From a virus: a DNA stretch of 41,619 nucleotides. The translations under genes were made by a program, and so were the position numbers. Shown piece by piece: positions 25,588 to 35,083 of the stretch. The notes beneath the pieces were generated by a model. That model did not search any database, was not told the origin of the DNA, and saw only the letters and a list, made by a program, of their open reading frames with translations. Within the stretch, counting starts at the first letter, position 1, and each line of letters begins with the position of its first letter. The stretch lies in the IMG/VR virus record IMGVR_UViG_3300045988_089644; one strand, written 5' to 3'.

Positions 25588-26034
25588 TTATGTAAGATAA
25601 TGCAGATTATCATAAGTCTTTTCGAACGCTTCAAGAGCTTGCTTATGCAGGTCAATAGTGTACGAATACGACAGTTTCATTTCCTGTGCGGCATTCTTCA
25701 CACTCTTAAACTGCACATAGATTTTGGTGAGCACTTGAATGTATCTTTTATCGTGTAAACCTCTGATTTCTCTAATGATCTTGTTCTTTGCGTCAAAAAA
25801 CTCGTCAATTTCTTTGTTTATCTGCTCTTCAAACATGGTATATCTGACAACATCTTTGCATAACTTATCACCGACTGTACTACTCTGTACTCTGTCTTTA
25901 CTATAATCAATACCGCCTGTACTGCAAGCACTTAACTTCATGTTATGTAATTCTGCAAGGTCGTCATTAATCTGCATATCTAAAATTTCAAGCTGTTTCA
26001 AATAATCCCTTGCGCTTATTTTTTTATCGCTCAT
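25588..26034 (-). CDS. DUF1492-type phage late transcriptional regulator (sigma-70 region 4-like)
   Basis: 148 aa. ARDYLKQLEILDMQINDDLAEL ... RVQSS ... YIQVLTKIY ... LSYSYTIDLHKQALEAF matches the DUF1492 pattern found upstream of terminase genes in Firmicutes phages. Confidence 0.7.
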   Translation of the reverse strand: MSDKKISARDYLKQLEILDMQINDDLAELHNMKLSACSTGGIDYSKDRVQSSTVGDKLCKDVVRYTMFEEQINKEIDEFFDAKNKIIREIRGLHDKRYIQVLTKIYVQFKSVKNAAQEMKLSYSYTIDLHKQALEAFEKTYDNLHYLT

Positions 26035-26048
26035 TTTTTACCTCACTT

Positions 26049-26327
26049 TCTTAAGTGTTACGGTTAAGCTACACTTAAGCTACGGTTAAATAAGCAACCG
26101 TAACACTCAAAAACCGCATAAATAAAGGCTCTCAGAGTTTGTGTTACACAAGCTACGCTTAAATGCCCTATACTTATATATTTTTTATATTATTACTATT
26201 TATATAATTACTAATAAATTAAAAAAATAAAGAACATATCGTTTTACCGTAGTTACCGTAATCACCGCATAAATAAGCCATATTAACCGTAGCTTCAACC
26301 GTAGCTAACCGTAGCTTTAAGTGTAAC
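26049..26327. repeat. Composite iteron-like element, copy B
   Basis: Same architecture as 811..1070. 26242..26327 is identical to 985..1070. Shared GCTACACTTAAGCTACGGTT, GCATAAATAAAGGCT and TATACTTATATATTTT blocks in the diverged left part. Confidence 0.9.
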
Positions 26328-26377
26328 TTTTTAACATTCACCCACTACAACTGTAATAACCTGGATTACAAAATTTT

Positions 26378-26596
26378 TTATCTGAAAATTCGTCCTGACT
26401 TTTTGTGCTTCAATGTAACTCTTCCGATGATTTCAAAACCTGCAAGGTCTACTAAAAATCGGAATGTGTGTATCAGTTTATGATTTAATTTTTCAATATC
26501 ATGTTCTTCTTTTCTGACTGTAGACATTGCTTCTCCGGCTGTTACGTCTGCGTATCCTTCACAATTTTTATAATTCATACTACCACCCCTGTTCAT
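26378..26596 (-). CDS. Hypothetical protein
   Basis: 72-aa ORF, last gene of the early operon. Confidence 0.45.
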   Translation of the reverse strand: MNRGGSMNYKNCEGYADVTAGEAMSTVRKEEHDIEKLNHKLIHTFRFLVDLAGFEIIGRVTLKHKKSGRIFR

Positions 26597-26823
26597 ATAT
26601 GTTCGTGAGGTTGGAACGGTTCACGATGCTTTTCTGATTCTTTTTCAATCAACGTGTTATACCGCTTCACAAACTCACTCTCTGTCACTTCACCCTTGAA
26701 TAACATCTCTGCTAGACTATCATAAGTATCTTCTTTTAGTGTATCTATCCGCTCTTTAAATTCCTGTGGACTTATCTTTCCTGAGATAAGCTGCTTTTCT
26801 AAAATTCTGTGTTCATGTTTCAT
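26593..26823 (-). CDS. Hypothetical protein
   Basis: 76-aa helical ORF with 4-nt overlap to the next gene. Confidence 0.5.
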   Translation of the reverse strand: MKHEHRILEKQLISGKISPQEFKERIDTLKEDTYDSLAEMLFKGEVTESEFVKRYNTLIEKESEKHREPFQPHEHI

Positions 26824-26886
26824 TTACCTACACCCTTCATGAAATCACCTAATACTTTACTGTACCAAGTCGGCTTTTTAACTACC

Positions 26887-27072
26887 TCATCGGCTTTTTT
26901 TTTCAATCAATTCAAAATACTTTTCTTTCCACTCAAACACAAAATCAAGATTGTACGAACTATAACCAATAGTGTAGTCGTCATCACCTACTTTTTTATA
27001 CTTGATGCTGTAATACGGCTTTCCGTTTATTATTTCTACAATAATGTCCATGTCTTCAACATAATTTTTCAT
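26887..27072 (-). CDS. Hypothetical protein
   Basis: 61-aa ORF in operon orientation. Confidence 0.45.
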   Translation of the reverse strand: MKNYVEDMDIIVEIINGKPYYSIKYKKVGDDDYTIGYSSYNLDFVFEWKEKYFELIEKKSR

Positions 27073-27232
27073 TGTTTTTTCCCTTTCTTTTATTTAATCG
27101 TTCTGCATATTGTTTTAATAAAATATCACAATCTACAGAACAGCCTTCCTGACAAAATTTTGCCACTTCTTTATCCGTCAATTCATATTCTTCCTGCTTG
27201 TTCTCAAATAATATTGGACATAAACCTGTCAT
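27056..27232 (-). CDS. Hypothetical Cys-rich protein (58 aa, below the ORF-track cutoff)
   Basis: Hand translation: MTGLCPILFENKQEEYELTDKEVAKFCQEGCSVDCDILLKQYAERLNKRKGKNNEKLC. ATGA overlap with the upstream stop. It fills an otherwise empty gap. Confidence 0.45.
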   Translation of the reverse strand: MTGLCPILFENKQEEYELTDKEVAKFCQEGCSVDCDILLKQYAERLNKRKGKNNEKLC

Positions 27233-27423
27233 AATTTTACCCTCACAATTTTATAACCTGCGTTTCTTCCGCTAAGATTTTTACATATACTAGCTGACAC
27301 ACTCTGAGGTTTGATATTTAATTTCTCAGCTAGTTCAATTACTGTATCGGTGACAACAAGAGGTAATTCATACTGATCTGCTGTCACCGCCATATAAATC
27401 ACACTACCGAGTTTATGTTGCAT
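27229..27423 (-). CDS. Small phage protein with HTH-like segment
   Basis: Start MQHKLG at 27423 with an AGGAG RBS 8 nt upstream. Contains ELPLVVTDTVIELAEKLNIKPQSVSASI. Confidence 0.5.
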   Translation of the reverse strand: MQHKLGSVIYMAVTADQYELPLVVTDTVIELAEKLNIKPQSVSASICKNLSGRNAGYKIVRVKL

Positions 27424-29341
27424 TGTTACATCTCCTAAATATCCTGATAGATTTCCCACTGATTCTTGTTACTGCTGTTTCAAGTCCTGTCCGTTTATTG
27501 ATCTGTTTACTAAATACGATATTTGACATTGGCTGCATACCGCATTCTACACAAAATACCTGATACCTCCTGTATACGTCACTTGTTGGTTCATTCTCAA
27601 TCATTTCAATACCGCAGTCATCAATAAAAGCTTTGATAGGGTTATTTTCTCTTTCGTATTCTTCTATCTGTTCATCTACCTTCTTAGATGATGTAAAACC
27701 GTTATTTTCAAGAATACGCTTCAACCCTTGAACCCCTAACTGAATCAGATATTCTATTGAACTTTGTTCAATTAGTTTGTATTTGATGTAAGGGTCATAT
27801 TCCGGGTCAATCGTAATTCCATCAGGTAAATACTTTGAGAATCTCGCATTAAAGGGAATAATGACTAATCGTCTTAATACTGCTCCTGACTTATCTTTCA
27901 TACGAGGAATATCATTAGCAGAAAATAAAAGTTTCACATAAGGATTGAACTCAAACGGGTCTTGTCCTTTTCGTTCTGCCTTAATGCGGTCACCTGTTAC
28001 TATTTTTTTAAACATTGACACCTGTTGACCCTGCATGAAGTTATCTGAAATATCATCACCAATATTAGCTAAGCGTCCGAACATCATCGCAGTGCTAAAT
28101 CGGTCAGCCATTTCAGCCGGGTCTAAAGCGGATGTATTCATATCCCCTAAGATTGTTTTAACAATATGCAGATATGTACTCTTACCGTTCGATTTGTCAC
28201 CTGTCAATACAAAAGACTTACCTAGTTCATTTCTGCGATAGAAACAATATCCGATACATTCCTCTAACAATGATCTGATTGATTTATCATCACAGGATAA
28301 CTTGTTGAGTGTCTTATCTGCTATTTCAGAATAAGCATCCGGGTTATAATCCCACGGTATCTGATTTGTGATTACAAAATCCGAGGAAAACGGCTGCATA
28401 TTTCCTGTGACAATATCAAATATACCGTTCTTGAATGCGATATATCTAGCATCTGACATTTCCTTTTCTTCTGCTATTAATTCCATGTAATCAATTACCT
28501 CTCTACGCTGTGTCTTTTTGAGATTCGGTATTTCCTGAATCATTGCCTTTTCGATAGATTTATACCCCACTTGGTAGATACCGTCATAGTAAATATGCAA
28601 CTGTCCGCTAATACTGACTACGTTTTTCTCTGTTTTAAGCCATGTTGCAAATCGTTCAAAGAGAAATGTCTTATCATTGAAAAATACAGGTTTCTGGAAA
28701 GCTTCATCTCTGAGGATTATTTCCAGTTCATCATCCGAAAGCGGTTCTCTTAATACATATTTATTCAGTATCCTGATTGCTTCTCTTGTTTCATCCACGT
28801 TGAAACCATTTCCCGTAAGTGTCAGAATATAGTTAAATAATGCCTGATTTCTTCCATCACCTGCTTCCATGTCTAAGAAATCAATATTGTTATTTACCGG
28901 GGATAACCACTTAGGTAACTCCTGATAAGCCCCACCTTCTTCAATATCCCACTCAATGAATCTTTCTTCGCCGTGAATCTTAACGACTTCATATGAGGAT
29001 TTTGAGCCGCATTTAATGTCTGCAACTAATCCGATAGCAAGAGGTACATGAGTACGGTTACGAGTGACAGAATGATTTTTAAACAGGAAGTGCCTACCTC
29101 TGGTAGTCTGATACACCCTACAATCAAGTTGATAATCTTCTACAATGTTCATGAGGATTTCAGACTGTTCCCATTCGTCAATATCTACAAGGATAACATC
29201 TTCCTTGAGAACGCCTGCGAAGCTATCACATGATTTCACTTCTTCGTATGTATGAAATTTTGTACGACCTTTAAAGGTTTCCATCGCCTTTTTACCGTTT
29301 GTCTTTATATAACCTTTATATAACATTTCACTACACCTCAA
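27413..29341 (-). CDS. Primase-helicase: N-terminal prim-pol domain, D5_N region, and P4/D5-type SF3 helicase
   Basis: 642 aa. VILVDIDE and TTRGRHFLF (prim-pol). Walker A GDKSNGKST. Walker B-like region LANIGDD. Confidence 0.8.
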   Translation of the reverse strand: MRCSEMLYKGYIKTNGKKAMETFKGRTKFHTYEEVKSCDSFAGVLKEDVILVDIDEWEQSEILMNIVEDYQLDCRVYQTTRGRHFLFKNHSVTRNRTHVPLAIGLVADIKCGSKSSYEVVKIHGEERFIEWDIEEGGAYQELPKWLSPVNNNIDFLDMEAGDGRNQALFNYILTLTGNGFNVDETREAIRILNKYVLREPLSDDELEIILRDEAFQKPVFFNDKTFLFERFATWLKTEKNVVSISGQLHIYYDGIYQVGYKSIEKAMIQEIPNLKKTQRREVIDYMELIAEEKEMSDARYIAFKNGIFDIVTGNMQPFSSDFVITNQIPWDYNPDAYSEIADKTLNKLSCDDKSIRSLLEECIGYCFYRRNELGKSFVLTGDKSNGKSTYLHIVKTILGDMNTSALDPAEMADRFSTAMMFGRLANIGDDISDNFMQGQQVSMFKKIVTGDRIKAERKGQDPFEFNPYVKLLFSANDIPRMKDKSGAVLRRLVIIPFNARFSKYLPDGITIDPEYDPYIKYKLIEQSSIEYLIQLGVQGLKRILENNGFTSSKKVDEQIEEYERENNPIKAFIDDCGIEMIENEPTSDVYRRYQVFCVECGMQPMSNIVFSKQINKRTGLETAVTRISGKSIRIFRRCNNAT

Positions 29342-29800
29342 TTAACTAAATACCTCTGACAATAATTTTATGAAGAAGTTTTTCATTCTGACTGTATCAT
29401 TAAATTGACCTTTTGCCGCTCTCATGTTTACTTTCGCTGTTCTTAAGTTCTCCCTGACTTCTTTTACCTGCTTATTGTAATACTTCCACCCCTCTGTATT
29501 TCTTTTATAGATTCCTCTGTGCGTAACTACACTATCAAGACGCTTTTCATATTTCTTGACTTCATCATTAAAAACCCAATAATGTTCTCTTGCGGTTTCG
29601 ATAATAGTATCTGTAGTGTTCATTCTTTGTTCAATGAACTTTTTCATATCCTCAATAACCTCTGGTGTATAACTGTTATTGATTATCTTTACAAGCTTTC
29701 TTACTTTTGAAATACTTCTGTTACACGAATAGCATAAAAATTCTTCCAGATTAATCTGCATTTCTCCATTTTCGTACTTGATAAATATTGTGTCTGACAT
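29342..29800 (-). CDS. Hypothetical protein
   Basis: 152-aa ORF between the polymerase and the primase. Confidence 0.5.
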   Translation of the reverse strand: MSDTIFIKYENGEMQINLEEFLCYSCNRSISKVRKLVKIINNSYTPEVIEDMKKFIEQRMNTTDTIIETAREHYWVFNDEVKKYEKRLDSVVTHRGIYKRNTEGWKYYNKQVKEVRENLRTAKVNMRAAKGQFNDTVRMKNFFIKLLSEVFS

Positions 29801-29814
29801 CTTATTTCACCTCA

Positions 29815-31722
29815 CTATGCTGCAATTCCAAACTGCTTCAATCTCTTTTTTGCTAAGTCTATATACCATTGTCTATCTAGCTCTGGCAGTACATTAACAC
29901 CGACAACTGAATCATTATAAATAAAAGAATGGTCTGGTGTATTTCCAAATTTCTCACCTTTTGGTTTGACTGCTTTACGTTTTAATAACCTACCGTCAGT
30001 CGTGCGATTTGAAGCAAATACACGATAAGACTTATAGCTGTATTTCTCTAAATCAGGATAAGACCAGAAATCTGTTGTCGTTCCGTTACGATGTCGTGTT
30101 GTCTTAATGATCTGACCGCTACCACACTCATGCTCTACCCAGTCATATTTACCTGACAGTTTTACAATCTTTTGAAACATAATTAAGTCATTGCAATTAT
30201 TTATTGTCTGCTCAACAGGTGTCTTATGTACCATATAATCAACGAGTGCTTTATTGAGAATAGGTAAGTCGTAATCAATCGGTGAAAGTTCTTTCAAATA
30301 TGCTCCGATTCTTTCAACACTACCATCAACGCCCACCCACAGATAATTATTTACGTCTTTCTGATAGATTTCTGAAATATTATCAAGTTCAAGCAATATT
30401 GAACACTGTTCAGTAGAACAACGCTGTTCCCATTCGTAACAAATATCATCTACCATGTTAAAGGCTTCGTCTGTGTCAGGAATCCAGATGATAAGACCAT
30501 CGGTATTGGACTGAATCAGTTCAAACCCCGGTACAACTTCCAGATGTTCGATTAAATCAAGTAACATTAATTGTCCGTTAATACACATAATGTTGTTGTT
30601 ACGTGGGTCATATGCTGCATTTGTCTCGTCTTTCATCGCACCAGACAGGGCATTAAGCATTTTCTTATAAGGCAACTGTGCCTTTTTCCACCGCTTAGCT
30701 TCTGCCTTATTACCTGCTTTAGCCGCTGCGATCTGCTTTTTCTTCATACCTTTTCTGGTGTTATATACCAGCTTGAAATTATTATTTGTAGCTGCCCTTG
30801 TTACAAGTCCCCATGCTATTAACAACGATGGATAGTAGTTATTTACATCAACATGAAGAATCTGACCTTTTCTGTGAATCGGCTTTTTAGATGCCCCATG
30901 CAGACCACCGAAACCGAACGTATGAGGTATACCTGCGACTGTAGTTTCAAGGTTATGTGAGTTATACCAAATCTTTTTATCCCACTTATCGAAATCCTGT
31001 AAATTCATGTTAAGGGCTTCTTTTCTTCTTTCTGCAAACCACTCTTGTACATATTTGTATTTTTTCAGTCTGAGACAAGGGAGAAAATAGAAGTCAAATT
31101 CATCATTAAACTTTTTCTTTTCACAACCGAGGACTTTTGCAGTAATACGTGCTTCACTGTCTCCGATGTCATACAGATTCGTTTCATTCGGGAACGCCTG
31201 AATGATACCGTGTATTGCATTGAATTCGCTGACTTTTTCAAGAAATACCTTGATAGTCTGTTCTACGTCATGTCTACAATATTTCACTGTCTGTTTTATT
31301 TCGCTGCGTGTCAGTTTTCTTCTGATTCGGAAATCAACCTCAGTTTCTTTGATGTTAGAACCCATGAAACCTTCCATTGTTTTCAAACCTACGGTTTTCA
31401 TACTTTCATCATTACTTGGCATCACATCATAGTTAATCATAGGTATCTTGTTGAATGCTCTTGAATAAGCCCAGCCTTCCTTATTTTCTACGATAATCCA
31501 GTCGTTGATTGCTTTCGGGTTCATCCCAAGCAGAATACCCTTCATGATATATTGGTCGTAATGCCTGTTGTTGAATCCTACCCATATGTTCTTTCTATTG
31601 GCTTCATATAAGGCTTTTAATTCATCAGGGTTATTAATTATCACGTGTTCTTTTCGATTCGCTACATCAATGAATACCGCTAACCAGTCTTGATGAAAAA
31701 CCTCAAAATCGTAGAATATCAT
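29815..31722 (-). CDS. Family B DNA polymerase with 3'-5' exonuclease domain
   Basis: 635 aa. ExoI FYDFEV, ExoII NNRHYDQYI, ExoIII YCRHDVEQT. Pol motif A DVNNYYPSLL, motif B KKMLNALSGAM, motif C SNTDGL. Confidence 0.8.
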   Translation of the reverse strand: MIFYDFEVFHQDWLAVFIDVANRKEHVIINNPDELKALYEANRKNIWVGFNNRHYDQYIMKGILLGMNPKAINDWIIVENKEGWAYSRAFNKIPMINYDVMPSNDESMKTVGLKTMEGFMGSNIKETEVDFRIRRKLTRSEIKQTVKYCRHDVEQTIKVFLEKVSEFNAIHGIIQAFPNETNLYDIGDSEARITAKVLGCEKKKFNDEFDFYFLPCLRLKKYKYVQEWFAERRKEALNMNLQDFDKWDKKIWYNSHNLETTVAGIPHTFGFGGLHGASKKPIHRKGQILHVDVNNYYPSLLIAWGLVTRAATNNNFKLVYNTRKGMKKKQIAAAKAGNKAEAKRWKKAQLPYKKMLNALSGAMKDETNAAYDPRNNNIMCINGQLMLLDLIEHLEVVPGFELIQSNTDGLIIWIPDTDEAFNMVDDICYEWEQRCSTEQCSILLELDNISEIYQKDVNNYLWVGVDGSVERIGAYLKELSPIDYDLPILNKALVDYMVHKTPVEQTINNCNDLIMFQKIVKLSGKYDWVEHECGSGQIIKTTRHRNGTTTDFWSYPDLEKYSYKSYRVFASNRTTDGRLLKRKAVKPKGEKFGNTPDHSFIYNDSVVGVNVLPELDRQWYIDLAKKRLKQFGIAA

Positions 31723-31735
31723 TTAATCACCTACT

Positions 31736-31769
31736 ACAAAAACGGTGAGGGGAAAGTCCCACCTCACCG
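31736..31769 (-). terminator. Intrinsic terminator between the DUF669 and polymerase genes
   Basis: CGGTGAGG / CCTCACCG stem (31743-31769), followed on the minus strand by TTTTTGTAG. Confidence 0.55.
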
Positions 31770-31781
31770 CCTGTCTTTTAA

Positions 31782-32246
31782 CTACATATCGAAAGCTTCT
31801 TCAATCGTAATAGGGTTAAAGTCACTTGCTTTATATGTAATAGCTGCACCGACTTTTCCCTGAATCTCCTGAAAAATATCAAGAATACATTCTGCAAAAT
31901 CTGAATAATTGATGAACTCCGGCACTGTTTCGGTCTCTAATTTATCAACCCACGTGCATACTGACTTAATAGCCATTGCGTCAGTCCACTTAGCGGATGT
32001 ATTGCCTGCAATCACACGATTAAAGAAAATCTTTCTTCCTTTGTGTTCCCCGTCAAGGATGTTGCACTGTACTGCAAACATCAGCTTATCACCTGCTTTA
32101 GTCGGCTTAATCTCCATTTTGTCAAAACCTACGTCATAACTTCCGTCAGGAACATCTTCATACTGTGAATCAGGTGCGTTTTTTACCTCTTCCTGTAATT
32201 CATTAAGATTAACCTTTTCATCAAATGCACTAAAATCAACTGCCAT
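31782..32246 (-). CDS. DUF669 family protein (SSB-like partner of Sak4-type recombinases)
   Basis: 154 aa. FDEKVNLNELQEEV...YEDVPDGSYDV...MEIKPTKAGDKLMF is typical of DUF669. Confidence 0.7.
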   Translation of the reverse strand: MAVDFSAFDEKVNLNELQEEVKNAPDSQYEDVPDGSYDVGFDKMEIKPTKAGDKLMFAVQCNILDGEHKGRKIFFNRVIAGNTSAKWTDAMAIKSVCTWVDKLETETVPEFINYSDFAECILDIFQEIQGKVGAAITYKASDFNPITIEEAFDM

Positions 32247-32267
32247 AATTTTTTTACCTCATCTTTC

Positions 32268-32411
32268 TTAAAATAAATTTATAACTACAAGTAAAATCAT
32301 CGCAACAATACAAATAACTGTGCTGTTTTTACTGTGTTTACTTGATTCCATAATTGCGTCAAGTCCGAAAAATATCGTCATACTTGCGTATAAAAAATTT
32401 AACCAACCCAT
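32268..32411 (-). CDS. Small membrane protein (47 aa, below the ORF-track cutoff)
   Basis: Hand translation: MGWLNFLYASMTIFFGLDAIMESSKHSKNSTVICIVAMILLVVINLF. The start overlaps the upstream stop (TAATG). Confidence 0.4.
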   Translation of the reverse strand: MGWLNFLYASMTIFFGLDAIMESSKHSKNSTVICIVAMILLVVINLF

Positions 32412-33610
32412 TATGCTCTCACCCTTCTACGTCTTCTAGTTCTTTCCTCAGGCGGTGTCATTTGACCGTCTAAAGGTTCACTTTCCGCCGCTGGAGCTGG
32501 GTTATTTTCCTGTGCGATTCGCTTAACACCCTCACCAAATTCTTCTTTAGTGATAACTTTTCCACCTTCCGGCGCAACATCACCTTTATGTTTCATAACA
32601 AAATTATCATTTGCTGCAATGTAAAAATAAGTATCTTCTGCCAGAACTTCTGATTCTTCTGCTTTTCTTTCCTTACGTGTTCGTCTAGGTGGTTTCTGTA
32701 AATCTGGTTCAGATACAGTCTCAGCCGCTTCAACAGCTGTTTCATAAGGTACTTCATCCGCACCTTCTGACACTTTATCGACTGCTTCGTCTACATCATC
32801 AAGATACTTTTCAACCTTCTGTTCGTTCTCCTGAATAACTTCGGAGCGTGATTTACGTGTCCTCTTTGTTTTTTCCTTTTTTTCAGCATCCGCTTTTTTA
32901 CTTCTGCTTCTTCTACCTTTTGCATCTGGTTTCTCTAAATCAGCCGCTACTTCTTCATCAGCCTGTGTCATTTCTGTATCTGATTTGTAATCACCTAATT
33001 CATAGTAATTACGGATTTTATCAACTACATAGTTCAGGTCATTATCAATAGCATAGGTTGGGAACATTCCAAGTGGGGACTTAACGGTATCTTTTCCACT
33101 GTTCTGTGTGTAAAAATAGTATTTTGATTCGTTGACACCTGTTCTCAGAACAACTGTAAACAATCCCTCAATCGTAATTTTCTCACGCAATAACTTACCG
33201 ATTAACTTGACTGTAGTCAGTCCATTGTCAAGTGTTTCGAGATGTGTCAGGTAAGCAACTACTACATCGTCAGGTAAGTCTTTGCAGCAATTAATGATTT
33301 CAAAGTAATTTGCACCGAAATCATTATACTTTTCCCATCCTGTTTCCTTGATGCGGTTCATATAAGGGACTGCCAGAATGTACTGGAAATCATCCACAAT
33401 GATTAATTTCTTGCCTGCGGTAACCTGTTCTTTCATGTACTTTACAATTTTTCTTGCATCTGTCTCATCATTAAGCATTTCAAAGTGATTTTTAAACGGT
33501 AACGGCTTGCCTACTGGATTAACTACAGCTGTAGTTGCCGGGTCGCAATTTCTCAATGATGTTGATTTACCTGTACCTGATTCACCCATGATTAAAATTT
33601 TCTGTGCCAT
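32411..33610 (-). CDS. Sak4-like RecA-fold ATPase (AAA_24) with a long charged C-terminal extension
   Basis: 399 aa. Walker A GESGTGKST, Walker B LIIVDDFQ. The C-terminal ~190 aa are Lys/Glu/Arg-rich and end in RRRRRVRA. Confidence 0.7.
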   Translation of the reverse strand: MAQKILIMGESGTGKSTSLRNCDPATTAVVNPVGKPLPFKNHFEMLNDETDARKIVKYMKEQVTAGKKLIIVDDFQYILAVPYMNRIKETGWEKYNDFGANYFEIINCCKDLPDDVVVAYLTHLETLDNGLTTVKLIGKLLREKITIEGLFTVVLRTGVNESKYYFYTQNSGKDTVKSPLGMFPTYAIDNDLNYVVDKIRNYYELGDYKSDTEMTQADEEVAADLEKPDAKGRRSRSKKADAEKKEKTKRTRKSRSEVIQENEQKVEKYLDDVDEAVDKVSEGADEVPYETAVEAAETVSEPDLQKPPRRTRKERKAEESEVLAEDTYFYIAANDNFVMKHKGDVAPEGGKVITKEEFGEGVKRIAQENNPAPAAESEPLDGQMTPPEERTRRRRRVRA

Positions 33611-33796
33611 TTATTTATCCCCCTTAAGTAAGTCTTTTTTAATTCTGTTAATAAGTTTTATCTGACTAATAACGATTATCACATACACTACTACCGCTAA
33701 AAGTTCAGGAGAAAGAACTAATAACCAGTGCCAATTAATAACTTTCAGTAACTTCAATACAACGAATACAATCGTTAAAATTTCTGTAATTCCCAT
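33611..33796 (-). CDS. Small membrane protein
   Basis: 61 aa with two hydrophobic helices. Confidence 0.45.
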   Translation of the reverse strand: MGITEILTIVFVVLKLLKVINWHWLLVLSPELLAVVVYVIIVISQIKLINRIKKDLLKGDK

Positions 33797-33799
33797 TTT

Positions 33800-34465
33800 C
33801 TATACCTCACTTTCTTCCTGAATTTCCTCTTCTTTTTCTACTTTTTTAAGCTTGTCCAGTTTACCGACTTCAAGGAACTGAGCCGCCCAGAAGTCCGCAA
33901 AATGTACAATAGTCTGAACTGGTTCTTCATGTCCTTTTAAGTCATATGCAAGGCTGCCATACGCGCCATCATGATAGAAGATTGCGTGTTCTTCTTCTTC
34001 TGTCAGGTCAATATAACGTGCTGCCAATTCAACAGAGCGTAACGGATGGTCGATGTGACATAAATCCGGGTTGATTTTAAACGGTTTAGCATCCGAGCGT
34101 TTATATTTCTGCTCTGGATTTTTTTTAGTCGGCTTTCCGTCTTTAATCATGTTTTCAACATAATACTGACTTCCGTATCTACCACATTTACCTAAGTCAT
34201 GCAGTCCGGCGGCAATGATTACGCTGTCGTGAATCTTGTTATATGCCGCTCCACCGAGTAAGGCTACACCAATTTTTTCAGCAAGTATCATAACATTTAC
34301 TGTATGCTCCAACAGACCGCCATCCTGAGGTAAATGATTTCCACCGGATGCGGGGGCATCAAGAAAACCGAGGTCTGTCATATAATCAAGTAAATCTGCC
34401 ATTCCTTCACGTTTTGTATTCATCATACAGTCACGGAAATAATTAATCTGTTCCCCTCTTGTCAT
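33800..34465 (-). CDS. HD-domain phosphohydrolase
   Basis: 221 aa. LEHTVNV and AAGLHDLGK give the H...HD signature. Confidence 0.7.
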   Translation of the reverse strand: MTRGEQINYFRDCMMNTKREGMADLLDYMTDLGFLDAPASGGNHLPQDGGLLEHTVNVMILAEKIGVALLGGAAYNKIHDSVIIAAGLHDLGKCGRYGSQYYVENMIKDGKPTKKNPEQKYKRSDAKPFKINPDLCHIDHPLRSVELAARYIDLTEEEEHAIFYHDGAYGSLAYDLKGHEEPVQTIVHFADFWAAQFLEVGKLDKLKKVEKEEEIQEESEV

Positions 34466-34468
34466 GTC

Positions 34469-34852
34469 TTAATTCTCCTTTTCTTCTAACTTTATTTTCC
34501 ATCGCTTCTGTTCTTCAATGTTTGCAAGATACCAAGCGTTAGATTTGTTTTTATATTCATTGAACTTTTTAAACTGTTCAAAGTCCTTCGGGTAAAGCAA
34601 GATACCATACCCTCCTGATTGTCTGATTTTTTTTAGATTTCTAAGCTGTAATAACGATGGTTCACCATCCGCTGCTTTAACTTCAATACCTAAAAAACAA
34701 CCGTCTGAGCTTACAAGTAAGTCAGGAACACCGCTTTTCGTATAAGCTGCACCAGCCCAGTACTTAATCCACCAACAACCGTATTCATCTAAGTATTTTT
34801 TCAATCGGTTTTCAAAATTCTTTTCCTGTGCCGTATTTATCACCCCTTTCAA
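34469..34852 (-). CDS. VRR-NUC domain nuclease
   Basis: 127 aa. GVPDLLV...LGIEVKA is a PD-(D/E)xK motif in the VRR-NUC arrangement. Confidence 0.7.
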   Translation of the reverse strand: MKGVINTAQEKNFENRLKKYLDEYGCWWIKYWAGAAYTKSGVPDLLVSSDGCFLGIEVKAADGEPSLLQLRNLKKIRQSGGYGILLYPKDFEQFKKFNEYKNKSNAWYLANIEEQKRWKIKLEEKEN

Positions 34853-35083
34853 TTAGCAATAAATGATGTCATTTACTAATGCAATCCAGCTAATCACTAC
34901 AAAATTGACTGCCATTATTACGTAAGGCTGCCACGAAATTATGTAATCAATAAACGACAACCAGAATAAGAGACTAAATATATTTACTCCTAATAATGTC
35001 TTGATTACAAAATTTTTGAAGTGCTTTCTGACGTATTTACAACGTCTACAAAGTTTATCTGTACTATCACGCGAACAGTTCAT
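34853..35083 (-). CDS. Small membrane protein
   Basis: 76 aa. Cys-rich N-terminus and two TM helices. Confidence 0.4.
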   Translation of the reverse strand: MNCSRDSTDKLCRRCKYVRKHFKNFVIKTLLGVNIFSLLFWLSFIDYIISWQPYVIMAVNFVVISWIALVNDIIYC

